The position numbers and the translations under genes are program-made. Below the pieces are notes generated by a model. That model saw only the letters and a program-made list of their open reading frames with translations. It did not search any database and was not told the DNA's origin. 57,972 bases of DNA from a virus (Duplodnaviria; Caudoviricetes). The DNA lies in IMG/VR virus record IMGVR_UViG_3300036985_006199, positions 1 to 57,972 of that record; one strand, 5' to 3'. Of the stretch, positions 28,865 to 38,972 are shown in pieces (the stretch's first letter is position 1; every line of letters starts with the position of its first letter).

Positions 28865-29728
28865 ATGGCAAAGATACGCTACCAGCGTCCGAAACTGGCT
28901 ACGATGTCGCCGACTCCGACGAGCTACAACCTGGCCCAGACGGTGGCCGTCTACAACGATGTCATCGCGAAATTGCCGGAGCGGGTGGAGCGCGGGCGTG
29001 CGCTGTTCTTGCAGATGATGGCGGGCCTGTTGAAGCAGAAGGTGCAACAGCGTGCCCCGAGGATTCTGATGAACGGCAAGGAGATGAAGTACGCCGAGGA
29101 TCTGCGCATCGCGTTGGTCAGCGGGGCACCCGACGACATGGATGCGATGGCGATCTACCTGGACAGCACGACGGCGGTGTTGACCGAGGAGGCGGCGGGG
29201 CGCACTGCGCTGTACGTGTTACCGCATCGCAAGTCGCCAGGATGGGTCGAGGTGCTCACCAAGTGGGGACCGTGGCCTGCGGAGTTGCTTCCGGTACGCT
29301 TGGCTGGGCAGCACGCGAAGGTGGTCGCGCGGAGTGCGCGCCCGGACGAGCTGCGCGCGCTGACGGTGCGCCTGGGAAAGCGTCGAGTGGAGATCCTGCG
29401 TGAGCTGGAAGACGCCGGGGCTGAGAACCCACGTATGGAGCGCACGCTGTACGGCGTGGGCACGGAGGTGCGGCAGGACATCGCCCACGCGGTCTTGCGG
29501 CGCGAGTTTGGATTGGACGGATTGAGGCCCAAGTCGCACTGGCGGCCTGCCCTGCGCGAGACGGTGGAGGCGGTGCCAGACGCCATGGAGCGCTTCAACC
29601 GTTACATCGTCACGGGACGTGAGAATGTGTTCTTGTTGCCAGAAGTCGATGATCAGATTACGATTAGCCAGTTGCACGATGGCGCCCCATTTGCTCGGGA
29701 GATCGCACCATTCGTGCCCAAACGCTGA
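28865..29728 (+). CDS. hypothetical protein (possible neck/tail completion)
   Basis: ORF in operon; REFG...HWRPA motif reminiscent of tail-completion proteins. Confidence 0.5.
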   Translation: MAKIRYQRPKLATMSPTPTSYNLAQTVAVYNDVIAKLPERVERGRALFLQMMAGLLKQKVQQRAPRILMNGKEMKYAEDLRIALVSGAPDDMDAMAIYLDSTTAVLTEEAAGRTALYVLPHRKSPGWVEVLTKWGPWPAELLPVRLAGQHAKVVARSARPDELRALTVRLGKRRVEILRELEDAGAENPRMERTLYGVGTEVRQDIAHAVLRREFGLDGLRPKSHWRPALRETVEAVPDAMERFNRYIVTGRENVFLLPEVDDQITISQLHDGAPFAREIAPFVPKR

Positions 29729-29741
29729 AGGAGATGCACCG

Positions 29742-29927
29742 ATGACGCAGCATGAGATGGACAAGTTGAACGCTCTGAACCACACGCTTGGCGATGTCGA
29801 GAACGAACTACTGCGGCGGCGTGTGGCGCACTTGGATTCCGCCATGGACGACAACATGGAAGTCATGAACCAACTCGCCGCACAGGGACACGTCGAGATC
29901 TGCCCGTGCGGTGACGACGAAGAATAG
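29742..29927 (+). CDS. small hypothetical protein
   Basis: AAGGAG RBS then ATG 29742. Confidence 0.5.
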   Translation: MTQHEMDKLNALNHTLGDVENELLRRRVAHLDSAMDDNMEVMNQLAAQGHVEICPCGDDEE

Positions 29928-29960
29928 CCAGAGGCGAACCCGGGTTCGCGTGAGGACGCA

Positions 29961-30650
29961 TTGACGATTATCGGCACGCTAGATCTCCGCGCCTGGGATA
30001 CCGGGGTGCCGCTCACGCTCGAAGCCGAAGTTGTCACCTACCCCGTGGACGGGGAGGAGCGCGGGATCTACGCCGTGCGCGTGCCGGGGGTGAATTCGAA
30101 CCTGGCCCACCTCGATAACCGCGTGCCGATCCTGTTCTACACTCCCGAGGACGCCTATCAGGACTTTTTGCTGCCGTGCATCACGGTGAAGCGCAATGAC
30201 ATGACGCCCGCGTTCGACCGACATCCCTGGTATACGTGGGTGGCGCGCGGACCGGCGAAGGGCGCTCGCGAGATCGTCCTTCCGAGTGGGCAGAAGGGGT
30301 ACGACCGCTACGAGAACCAGTGGCGGGCGACCCAGTTTGACATCACCTACGATGTGCAGATCATGGCGCGGCGACAGCAGGAATCGAACGCCATGTTGCA
30401 GTATGTGCTGCGGCACTTTCTGGCCCCGTCCTTCATTTTCAAGGTTGTTGACAGCCTGGGGGATGTGCGGGAATATGATGCTGTAGATGTTAGTGTTTCG
30501 GAGACGTCGGAGCTTGCCGACATTGCTGACAGGACGATTGGATGGACGATTGCCTTCACAGCCCGTGCGGAAATCGACCTCCACGATCCAGTGGAGATGC
30601 CAGCCGTGCAGGCCGTGGATGTGACGTACGCTCGATACCGTCCGCGTTGA
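29961..30650 (+). CDS. putative tail terminator/sheath stabiliser (gp15-like)
   Basis: LLPCITV.R, FDITYDVQIMAR pattern; located upstream of the sheath gene. Confidence 0.55.
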   Translation: MTIIGTLDLRAWDTGVPLTLEAEVVTYPVDGEERGIYAVRVPGVNSNLAHLDNRVPILFYTPEDAYQDFLLPCITVKRNDMTPAFDRHPWYTWVARGPAKGAREIVLPSGQKGYDRYENQWRATQFDITYDVQIMARRQQESNAMLQYVLRHFLAPSFIFKVVDSLGDVREYDAVDVSVSETSELADIADRTIGWTIAFTARAEIDLHDPVEMPAVQAVDVTYARYRPR

Positions 30651-30661
30651 GGAGGAGCTGA

Positions 30662-31108
30662 ATGGGTTGGTACTACTACTCGGGCAACGTCGTGAAATCG
30701 ATCCCCGTATCGCGCACCAAGTCGGTCGCGGTGCGGCCGAATTCCAAGATCGAGATCCTGGAAGTGACGCAGGAAGCGCAGACCATGCTGAGCATGGGCA
30801 TCCTGAAGCGCACGGGGAAGCCGCTGGGAGCGATTTCGATGGAGGATGCCCCCCCACGTCCCAAGGTGCATCTGCGGGACGTGCTGCCCCCTTCGGGGCT
30901 GGCCATGCACTTCGCCGAGAAGGGGGTCACGACGTCCGAGGCTCTCCCACCGCGAAAGCCTGTTGGTGCGCCCGAGTTCACCGTCCACGAGTTGGAGGCG
31001 AAGTCGGCTGTTGTTGCGCCCGAGATGCCGGGCGCTGCTGCTGTGTTGCCGGATGATGCTGCCGAAGACAATGAGAGTGGGAAGTCGAAACGGCGGCGCG
31101 GCCACTAG
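30662..31108 (+). CDS. hypothetical protein
   Basis: GAGGAGG RBS; ORF between terminator-like and sheath genes. Confidence 0.6.
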   Translation: MGWYYYSGNVVKSIPVSRTKSVAVRPNSKIEILEVTQEAQTMLSMGILKRTGKPLGAISMEDAPPRPKVHLRDVLPPSGLAMHFAEKGVTTSEALPPRKPVGAPEFTVHELEAKSAVVAPEMPGAAAVLPDDAAEDNESGKSKRRRGH

Positions 31109-31138
31109 GCCGGGCCTGCGGACAACACGGAGCAGACT

Positions 31139-34100
31139 ATGAGCGAATTCACCTATCCGGGCGTGTACATCAAGGAGATTCCGAGCGGTCCGGGGCCGAT
31201 TGCTGGCGTTTCGACGTCCAACCTGGGCCTGATCGGGTTCACAACGCGGGGGCCGGTTGACGAGCCCGTGCTGGTGACCAGTTTCTCGGAGTTCACGGAG
31301 AAGTTCGGCACGTTCACTGAGAAGGGCCTGGCCCCGATCATGGCGTATGCCTTCTTCCAGAACAGCGGGCAGCGGCTGTACATGGTGCGCGTGTGCCATG
31401 ACGACGCCTCCGAGTCGTCTTGGGACTACGAGATGGCAAAGACCGGCGAGATCCTGGGGATCACGACGATCCCGAGCGGCCTGTACGATCTGCAACTCGA
31501 CCGCATGCCGGTGAAGGCGACCGTGCCCGGCAGCGTGATCGTCACCTTCCCGAACGCGGCTATCCCGGGCAACACCAACGTGTTCCGGGACAACGGCCTG
31601 GGCGCGATGGTCGCCACGGGCGCGGGGTCGGGCGGCACCGGCAGCATCGACTACGTGACCGGCGAGATCACCATTCAGTTGGCGGTCCCCGGCGAGTTCA
31701 CGGGCGCCCCGAACGCGATCACGGCGGCCTACACCTATCGCGTGCTGCGCTTCGCCATGAAGTGGCCGGGCGTGGTGGGCGACAACTTCCGCGTGCTGCT
31801 CCAGCCGGGCAGCGACGACTTCATGGTTGCCGCCCAGGCGCGCTGGACGCGCTTCACCGCCGTCGTCCAGGAAGACCTGAACGCGAACCCGTTGAGCCGC
31901 GCCTGGTCGACCCTGGAGACCTTCGCGGACGTCGTGCTCGACGACCCGACCAGCAAGAACTACATCGTCCTCGTCATGAACGACGCGATCAACGGATCGC
32001 AGTACGTGCAGGTCGTGGACTACGGCAACGAGACCAACCCGCCGGAGCTGGCGGGCACCGCTGTCACGGGGGAGGATCTCTCCACCATGCAGCAGCACAG
32101 CGACGGGTCCGGCACCGTCCCGGCGGCCTACGATGGCGCCTGGAAGGGCTGGAAGTACCTCCTGGCCAACGAGGTGTTCCCGACCACGCTGAAGGCGCAG
32201 TTCCAGTTCGTCGAGGGCAACCCCTCGTCCCCGGGCGGCCCGCTGGCCCTGAACATCGGCATCGGCGCCTCGCCGGTCTCGGCGGTGCCCATCCTGACCT
32301 GGAGCCAGGCGGCCCTCGATGCGAACACCGTGCAGATCTCCTGCACGCTGACCTCGGCTGGGGCGACCCTGATCACGGACGACGGCGCGGGGCACCTCGT
32401 GTCCGGCGCGACCCAGGTCGGCACCGTGATCTACACGACCGGCGCCATCACCATCGACGTCACCCCGCTGGCCGACACCTTCGTGGCCAACTCGGCGCTG
32501 TACCTGGACTGCGTCTATGCGCAGCCGGTGACCGTGGGCGACGACGGCCAGGGCAACGCCTACATCGTGGACCCGGCATCGTTGACCCCGCCGCTGGTGG
32601 GCGTGCCGGTCAAGTTCCAGCTCAACGCTTCGGGCACGAACACCATCGCCTATGACGATGGCGAGTTGATCCTCACCTGGAAGATCGATGGCAATCCGGC
32701 GGCGGGACCGTGCGGCGTGGCGACCTCACCGACGTCCGCCCTCAAGACCGGCGCGATTGGCCCATACAGCCTGACCTCGGGTGCCACGTTCTCTGTGGAC
32801 GTGAACAACGCGGGTGCGGTGGCGGTGGCCTTCACGGCGACCAAGGCGACCCGCGCGGGCGGCGCGGTGTTCCCGATCACCGCGACGGTGGGCGGCGAGC
32901 AGTTCACGGCCATCATCAACGGCGTCTCGCACCTCATCACGGCGTCGGCGGGTCTTGAGACGGCCCTGGAGATCGCCAACCTCATCAACGCGGCCATCAC
33001 GGGTGGCAGCGCGGTCGAGACCGGCGGCGGCACGGGCGTCAGCATCAAGTCGGACCAGTTGGGCACGGGGTCGTCGGTCCAGATCGTTGCGGGGTCTCCG
33101 AACCTGGCGACGCTGATCGGTCACACGGCGGGCACCACGGCAGGCACCGGCAACGTGGCCGACATCACTTCCGTGCTGAACACCGAGGTGAAAGCGGCGG
33201 TGGAGCTGGCGACCACGGCGGACGTGACGGCCAACATCGACGGGTCGTTCACGATCTCGTCCCCGACGGCTGGCGTGGCTTCGGAGCTGGACTTCACGGT
33301 CGGCCTGTCCGCGCTGGGGATCATCGTCGAGACCATCAACGGCACCGCCGGGTTCGGTGGCGGCCAGACGGCGGACTACTACACCAATCCGCAGGACAGC
33401 ATCATCGGATCGCTGACCGGCGGGTCGGATGGGTCTGCGACCGATTCGGACGACGTGGTGAGCCCGCTGCTCGCGGCGGACATGCGCGCCCTGTACAGCT
33501 TCGGCAAGGTGGACGAGCTGATGCAGCTCGTGGCGGCTGACTTCCAGACGGACACCTACGTCATGGACGCGCTGCTGACCTACGCCGAGCTGATGAAGGA
33601 CAAGTTCGTGCTGGGCGCGGTGCCTTACGGCATGGCGTATCAGGCGGCGGTCACCTGGAAGCGCTTCACCCTGAACCGCTACTCCAGCTTCGGCGCGCTG
33701 TACTACCCGCACATCAAGATCCGCGACCCGCTCACGGGCACCAACGTGGACGTGCCTCCGGGCGGCCACATCGCGGGCGTCTACGCGCGCACCGATGCCG
33801 CCAAGAACGTGGGCAAGGCTCCGGCGGGCATGGAGGACGGCGTGCTGGCCTGGTCGACGGGGCTGGAGTACAGCCTCACCCCGACGCAGGTGGGCGTGCT
33901 GAACGAGAACAAGATCAACTGCCTCGTCCAGTGGCCGCACACGGGCCGCGTGGTCTGGGGCGCGCGCTCCCTGGACGTGTCCGGTGGCGAGTGGCCGTAC
34001 CTCCAGATGCGGCGGCTGTTCATGTTCGTGGAGAAGTCGGTCTTCAAGGCCACCCACGTCCATGTCTTCAAGAACAACGGGCCACAGCTCTGGAACGAGA

Positions 34101-34315
34101 TCAGCACCCAGCTCGTGACCTTCCTGACGGGCCTCCAGCAGGGCGGCTACTTCGCGGGCACCTCCCCGAGCGAGTCGTTCTTCGTGGTGTGCAACCGCTC
34201 GAACAACCCGCAGAACACGGTCGACCAGGGCATCGTGTACTGCGACGTGGGCATCGCGGCCAACAAGCCTGCGGAGTTCATATGTTTCCGCTTCTCCCAA
34301 AAAAGCGTAAGCTAA
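31139..34315 (+). CDS. contractile tail sheath protein with large internal insertion domains
   Basis: YPGVYIKE, GFTTRGP, ALYYPHI, PPGGHIAGVYARTD, KAPAG, VWGARSL, RRLF, KPAEFI. Confidence 0.95.
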   Translation: MSEFTYPGVYIKEIPSGPGPIAGVSTSNLGLIGFTTRGPVDEPVLVTSFSEFTEKFGTFTEKGLAPIMAYAFFQNSGQRLYMVRVCHDDASESSWDYEMAKTGEILGITTIPSGLYDLQLDRMPVKATVPGSVIVTFPNAAIPGNTNVFRDNGLGAMVATGAGSGGTGSIDYVTGEITIQLAVPGEFTGAPNAITAAYTYRVLRFAMKWPGVVGDNFRVLLQPGSDDFMVAAQARWTRFTAVVQEDLNANPLSRAWSTLETFADVVLDDPTSKNYIVLVMNDAINGSQYVQVVDYGNETNPPELAGTAVTGEDLSTMQQHSDGSGTVPAAYDGAWKGWKYLLANEVFPTTLKAQFQFVEGNPSSPGGPLALNIGIGASPVSAVPILTWSQAALDANTVQISCTLTSAGATLITDDGAGHLVSGATQVGTVIYTTGAITIDVTPLADTFVANSALYLDCVYAQPVTVGDDGQGNAYIVDPASLTPPLVGVPVKFQLNASGTNTIAYDDGELILTWKIDGNPAAGPCGVATSPTSALKTGAIGPYSLTSGATFSVDVNNAGAVAVAFTATKATRAGGAVFPITATVGGEQFTAIINGVSHLITASAGLETALEIANLINAAITGGSAVETGGGTGVSIKSDQLGTGSSVQIVAGSPNLATLIGHTAGTTAGTGNVADITSVLNTEVKAAVELATTADVTANIDGSFTISSPTAGVASELDFTVGLSALGIIVETINGTAGFGGGQTADYYTNPQDSIIGSLTGGSDGSATDSDDVVSPLLAADMRALYSFGKVDELMQLVAADFQTDTYVMDALLTYAELMKDKFVLGAVPYGMAYQAAVTWKRFTLNRYSSFGALYYPHIKIRDPLTGTNVDVPPGGHIAGVYARTDAAKNVGKAPAGMEDGVLAWSTGLEYSLTPTQVGVLNENKINCLVQWPHTGRVVWGARSLDVSGGEWPYLQMRRLFMFVEKSVFKATHVHVFKNNGPQLWNEISTQLVTFLTGLQQGGYFAGTSPSESFFVVCNRSNNPQNTVDQGIVYCDVGIAANKPAEFICFRFSQKSVS

Positions 34316-34337
34316 TCGCATACTTAGGAGAATCAAT

Positions 34338-35213
34338 ATGGGAGAAGCGAGAGTACGGATAGACGCGATAACGGAGGTGGCCATCGTGGCCGCTTACCAG
34401 GCGGGCGTCCGTACTCTTTTCGTGGCGAAGCAGTTTGGCGTGAGTGATACGACCGTGCGCAATATGTTGCGGAAGCACGGCATCACGCCAGACGGTCAGC
34501 CTGATCCGTTGAATGCCGACCAGGTAGCAGAGGTTGTACGCCTCTACACCGTGGATGAGTTGAATACGCACCAGATCGCGGAGCAGATGGGCATTGGCAG
34601 CAATGCCACGGTGTTGCGCTATCTCAAGCGGGCTGGCGTGACGATGCGGGCTAGGCTGAAGCGTCACAAGCTGAGTGTGGCGCAGCGTCGTGGACTGGTT
34701 GAGCGGTACGAGGCGGGCGAGAACTTCGCCGACTTGCAGCGTGCCTATGGCGTGTCGAGTTCTGTGGCACATGCATGCCTAGAAGAGCACGGGATCAAGG
34801 CGCGGGCACCGGGCAAGCGGCTTCCGGCTTGGCAGGATGCGAAGGGTCGCACCTGGTTCCTGTCTTCGCGCTGGGAGCGCCTGTACGCGGAGTGGATGGA
34901 TCGTGAGGGTCTGGAGTGGACCTATGAGTCGCGGTGCTTCAAGCTTGATGCCGAGGGTCATGTCCAGTTCACGCCGGACTTTGTCGTGATGGTTGACGGC
35001 GTGGAGGAGTACCATGAGGTTAAGGGCTGGCTGCACAAGGCGGACATCGCCAAGGTGCGGGCGTTCGCCGCGCAGTACCCGCAGGAGGCCACACGACTCA
35101 AGTTGATCGGTCCTGCGGAGATGGCCGCGCGGGGCCTGGAAGCAGAACATTACGAGCGGCATTCGCAGGTGGCGTTGATCGAAGATTTACAGGGCGAGGT
35201 GATCTATGAGTGA
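34338..35213 (+). CDS. HTH-repeat PD-(D/E)XK endonuclease (free-standing homing endonuclease-like)
   Basis: Three HTH-like repeats, then SRWE...WTYE...FTPDF...EVKGW. Confidence 0.7.
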   Translation: MGEARVRIDAITEVAIVAAYQAGVRTLFVAKQFGVSDTTVRNMLRKHGITPDGQPDPLNADQVAEVVRLYTVDELNTHQIAEQMGIGSNATVLRYLKRAGVTMRARLKRHKLSVAQRRGLVERYEAGENFADLQRAYGVSSSVAHACLEEHGIKARAPGKRLPAWQDAKGRTWFLSSRWERLYAEWMDREGLEWTYESRCFKLDAEGHVQFTPDFVVMVDGVEEYHEVKGWLHKADIAKVRAFAAQYPQEATRLKLIGPAEMAARGLEAEHYERHSQVALIEDLQGEVIYE

Positions 35214-35694
35214 GATTCGGCGCATTCCCAATGTCATGATGCAGGCCATCGTCAATGGCGGAAGTGTCAGCGGGGTGGCTCCGGCGGGCGCGGGCATGGT
35301 GGATAGCGCCGAATCCCTCTACACCGGGCAGTACCGCAAGTGGACGGTGTGCGCGGTGGGGGGCCTCTTCCAGATCCCGGCGGATCTGACCACGGGCTGG
35401 CGCTTGGCGCGCTTGGTGTGGCACCTGCCGGGCGTGAGCGGGATCAAGATCAATTTGGTCGACGAGGATGCCGTGGTCTACGAGGTGGCGGCTCCGACGA
35501 CGGCGGATGGGCAGTATGTGCCCGATGATGGGGGTCTGCTGGTGCTTCCGGGGTGGGCGATCAAGGTGGTCGGCACCAACGTCCTGACGAGCGCTGGCAG
35601 GGTGGTTGCGTTCGCGGCGCCGGGGTGGCGCACGGATGCGTTTGAAGTCAAAGTCCTGGGCGAGGCGAAGTACCCTCCGCCCAAGCAGCCGTAG
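35206..35694 (+). CDS. hypothetical tail-module protein
   Basis: GAGGTG RBS; beta-rich ORF. Confidence 0.55.
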   Translation: MSEIRRIPNVMMQAIVNGGSVSGVAPAGAGMVDSAESLYTGQYRKWTVCAVGGLFQIPADLTTGWRLARLVWHLPGVSGIKINLVDEDAVVYEVAAPTTADGQYVPDDGGLLVLPGWAIKVVGTNVLTSAGRVVAFAAPGWRTDAFEVKVLGEAKYPPPKQP

Positions 35695-35712
35695 GGCGGC
35701 GAGGAGAATACG

Positions 35713-36252
35713 ATGCGCGCAGCAGTCGACGATCTGATGCAGGGATTTCGGTTCCATGTGCGTGGCAAGAACCGCGACGACAAGGATCTCCTCCAGCCCG
35801 GCTTCATCCGGGGTGCGGCGGGTGGCGAGCCTTTCGAGGGCGGAGCGGAGGCCGGGTTCCAGAGCGTGACCCTGCCCGAGCTGTCGCTGGAGCCGGTGGA
35901 GTATCGCGAGGGCACCTTCACTTGGACACAGAAGTACCCTGGCCCCCCGACCGTGAGCGACTGCACGCTGATGCGCGGCATCGCCAAGAAGGACACTGCG
36001 TTCTTCGACTGGGTCTACGGGGCCGTGACCGGCGTCGAGTACCGCATGGACGTCACGATCTGGCACTACCAGCGGGCCGAGATGGGCAGCGCGGCGCGGT
36101 CGGAGACTTCGACGGACATGCGGCGCGTGCTCTGCCACAACTGCGTCCCGACGCGGGCCAAGCCTGCCGCCGACTTCGATTCGATGAGCGGCGAGGTGTC
36201 GATGGCCGAGGTGGACTTCGCACTGGAGAGTTTCGAACTACTCACCAAGTAG
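35713..36252 (+). CDS. tail tube protein (T4 gp19-like)
   Basis: FRFHV, AGFQSVTLPE, EYREG, TLMRG, FFDW pattern. Confidence 0.85.
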   Translation: MRAAVDDLMQGFRFHVRGKNRDDKDLLQPGFIRGAAGGEPFEGGAEAGFQSVTLPELSLEPVEYREGTFTWTQKYPGPPTVSDCTLMRGIAKKDTAFFDWVYGAVTGVEYRMDVTIWHYQRAEMGSAARSETSTDMRRVLCHNCVPTRAKPAADFDSMSGEVSMAEVDFALESFELLTK

Positions 36253-36291
36253 AGAACCAGGAGGCGGGCGAGGAGGCCGCGTGACACCACC

Positions 36292-36855
36292 ATGCCGAGT
36301 CGCCACCCACTGGAAGACCTGCTTCAATCCCACCGCTTCTGGCTGGTCGATCTCGTGCCGTCCTCGACGTTCCCGTTCTTCGTGATGGGCGCCCCGATCA
36401 TGGGGTTCCAGTCGATCACGATGCCCGAGGTGACGTTGGAGGTGGACGAGATCAAGCAGGTCAACTCCATGTACAAGCGGTACGCCTACAGCGGGGGCAG
36501 CGTGGGGGCGATCACGCTGACGCGCGGGGCGCGGGCCTATGATGACACCTTCAACCTGTGGGTGGACCGGGCGATCCGGGGCTACGACATGGTGCCGCGC
36601 AACCTGCTCTTGATCCAGTTCACGGGGATCAACGTGGCGAACGCGCTGGGGCTGAGCGTGGACCTGCCGACGGCGATCCAGGCGTGGGAGGTCGCACAGT
36701 TCCTGCCGGGCAGGGCCTGGTTGCTGTGGGATTGTATCCCGACGCGGTACAAGGCGGGCACGGACATGGACGCGATGTCGGGGGACGTGAGTATAATGGA
36801 ACTCGATATACAGCCAGTAGCCGTAACCGAGTTTGCGCTACTGAGCGTGACGTGA
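36292..36855 (+). CDS. second tail tube-like protein (gp19 family)
   Basis: GFQSITMPE, ITLTRG, W.LWDCIPTRY; paralog of the upstream tube gene. Confidence 0.8.
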   Translation: MPSRHPLEDLLQSHRFWLVDLVPSSTFPFFVMGAPIMGFQSITMPEVTLEVDEIKQVNSMYKRYAYSGGSVGAITLTRGARAYDDTFNLWVDRAIRGYDMVPRNLLLIQFTGINVANALGLSVDLPTAIQAWEVAQFLPGRAWLLWDCIPTRYKAGTDMDAMSGDVSIMELDIQPVAVTEFALLSVT

Positions 36856-37553
36856 GAGAGGAAAAGATGCGCAAACTGATCGAGCAAATGGATTATGCGA
36901 AAGACATCTTTGGGAATCGGGCGGTTCTGTTTAGCGATCTCAAGAACGGCGATGTGTTCGGACGGACAACGGATGACGGAGAACGTCCGTATGTCAAAGT
37001 GGGCAAACGGACCGCAGTGTTGCAGGACAAGTATCATGGCAAGGACACGAAGAAGTATGACATCTGGCGTGTTGCGCTGGACGAATATGTCGAGCGTAAG
37101 GGAAGGATCGCGGAATCCACAATGTTGACAATGGCGGCGGTTTTCCATCGGTTGGAAGAGTCCGAACTGGCTGCGGCGAGTAAGTTCATGCGTGGGGACA
37201 TGGGGTTGCACATCATCAAGTACCCATCTGGTCGGTTTGGATTCGTGGGGAAAGTCCCGGTGGAGCTGGGATATGCCAGGAAAGATGGGAAGCCGTTCGA
37301 TGCGGAGTCGCGCAAGAAGCTCAAAGACGATTTGAGTTTCGGGATGCCAGTTATTGGGAAAGAAAAGTCTGCCTTTGTGAGTCTGTCGTGGGCCACGGCG
37401 AAAGATGCGCTGAAAGCGGCGCGCAAGGCTGGGTTCGAGGTAGAACAAGACGCTGATTACCCGCAGGATTGAGCACCATGGCCGTGGTGGAGTTCAATCC
37501 GTTGAGCGTGACGTGAGAGAGGAAAAGATGCGCAAACTGATCGAGCAAATGGA
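36842..37553 (+). repeat. 51-bp perfect direct repeat (36842-36892 and 37503-37553)
   Basis: tgagcgtgacgtgagagaggaaaagatgcgcaaactgatcgagcaaatgga occurs twice, flanking gene 36867-37472. Confidence 0.9.
36867..37472 (+). CDS. hypothetical protein, MRKLIE leader (putative internal head protein)
   Basis: GAGG RBS, ATG 36867; lower GC. Confidence 0.6.
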   Translation: MRKLIEQMDYAKDIFGNRAVLFSDLKNGDVFGRTTDDGERPYVKVGKRTAVLQDKYHGKDTKKYDIWRVALDEYVERKGRIAESTMLTMAAVFHRLEESELAAASKFMRGDMGLHIIKYPSGRFGFVGKVPVELGYARKDGKPFDAESRKKLKDDLSFGMPVIGKEKSAFVSLSWATAKDALKAARKAGFEVEQDADYPQD

Positions 37554-38127
37554 CAGGGTCATGGGCGATAGTCGGAAGAAGCGGGCGACCATGGATGCGG
37601 ATACCCACGAGACTGTCTGGGGGCTGGGTGCCGAGGCCGCGCGATCAGGTGGCAAGAAGTTCGATCTCGATGGCGCCTTCATAGCTGCGGTGCGGAAGTA
37701 TGGGACCAAGGTGTTCCCGGCTGCCAAAGCCCGCGAGGACGACCCTTGGTTCGACGAGTTCTTCCAGGCGTTTCGAGATGGCGCGGCAGCGGCTGGGGCT
37801 TCAGTAGATGAAGCGACGGGCGTTCTGAACGTGCTGACCGAGGCGAAGGTCTGGGCCACGAAGGGGCTTTTGGATTTCGGCTGGACTCCGTTCTCTCGCG
37901 AAGTGGAGATCGGCTTAGGGGGCGAGTGGTGGGCAGGTGAGCTGTCGCCGCAGGCAGGCAAGTCGGTGACGTTCCATCATCGCAAGGAGAAGGTGGACGA
38001 GGCGTACAAGCCGGTGCTCGTGGCCTGGGAGTTCGGGAAGGACGCGACGGTGGTGACCATCACAGGCGGCTTCCTGAGTGAACCGGCGACGGTGGAGTTG
38101 GGCGTGAAGAAGGTCGTGTCCGAGTGA
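37528..38127 (+). CDS. hypothetical protein, MRKLIE leader
   Basis: First 9 residues identical to 36867 gene. Confidence 0.6.
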   Translation: MRKLIEQMDRVMGDSRKKRATMDADTHETVWGLGAEAARSGGKKFDLDGAFIAAVRKYGTKVFPAAKAREDDPWFDEFFQAFRDGAAAAGASVDEATGVLNVLTEAKVWATKGLLDFGWTPFSREVEIGLGGEWWAGELSPQAGKSVTFHHRKEKVDEAYKPVLVAWEFGKDATVVTITGGFLSEPATVELGVKKVVSE

Positions 38128-38143
38128 TCACGAGCCGGAGGAG

Positions 38144-38962
38144 ATGACGATGCGACGACTGATTGAATCCTTGGGGTCGACGGACATGCGGGCGATCCTG
38201 GAGCGGCTGGAAGTGAAGACGAAGACGGGTGTGACCCTGCGCGTGCTGAGCGGGGGGCAAGAACCCGAGCCAGATGTCGCCGCCGCGTCCCAGGGAGCGG
38301 AGCCGCCGTCGTCATCGAAGCCATCCGAGTACGGCTACGTGGGGACCAGCGTCGGTGTGCCGGTCGGCGAGACCGTCGAGCGCGATGGCCTGCGGTTCCA
38401 TCGGTACGCCTCCAGCTTGCGCGTGACGGACATCACCAACGCGGGGAAGCGTGGGAAGTCGTGTCCCGAGTTCGCGCTGTTCAACCTGGACTACGGGGTG
38501 AAGGACGCGAAGCAGATCGCGGCGGTGGAGGATGCCTTGAAGGACATCGCCAAGGCAAAGACCTATGCGCAGGCCGTGGCCCTTGCCCGAGGGGTAGCGG
38601 CCAAGGATTCGCAGCGCGGGATGGCGTTTGCCAGCGTGGAAGAGCGGCAGTTGCGCGGGGTGGACGTGGAGCCTGCGTCGGACAGCACTGGGCGCACCAT
38701 CAAGATCGAGACGCCGACCTTTACGCTGGAGGCCGGGGCGACCGACTTCTCGGTGGCTGAGAAGGTGCGCCCTGGGCATGGCGGTGATGATACCCGGATG
38801 ATCATCCCACCTGTCGGTGGCGCGAAGAAGACGGCGATCACGGTGTTCCGTTCCTGGGTGAAGCAGAACCTGAACGACATCAAACGCATGACGTTCCGCG
38901 AGCTGAGCAAGGCGATGGCAGACGCAGGCCTGAACTATCACAGCTTCAGCACGATGGATTGA
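38144..38962 (+). CDS. hypothetical protein, MRRLIE leader
   Basis: GGAGGAG RBS. Confidence 0.6.
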   Translation: MTMRRLIESLGSTDMRAILERLEVKTKTGVTLRVLSGGQEPEPDVAAASQGAEPPSSSKPSEYGYVGTSVGVPVGETVERDGLRFHRYASSLRVTDITNAGKRGKSCPEFALFNLDYGVKDAKQIAAVEDALKDIAKAKTYAQAVALARGVAAKDSQRGMAFASVEERQLRGVDVEPASDSTGRTIKIETPTFTLEAGATDFSVAEKVRPGHGGDDTRMIIPPVGGAKKTAITVFRSWVKQNLNDIKRMTFRELSKAMADAGLNYHSFSTMD

Positions 38963-38972
38963 GGAGGCAGGA

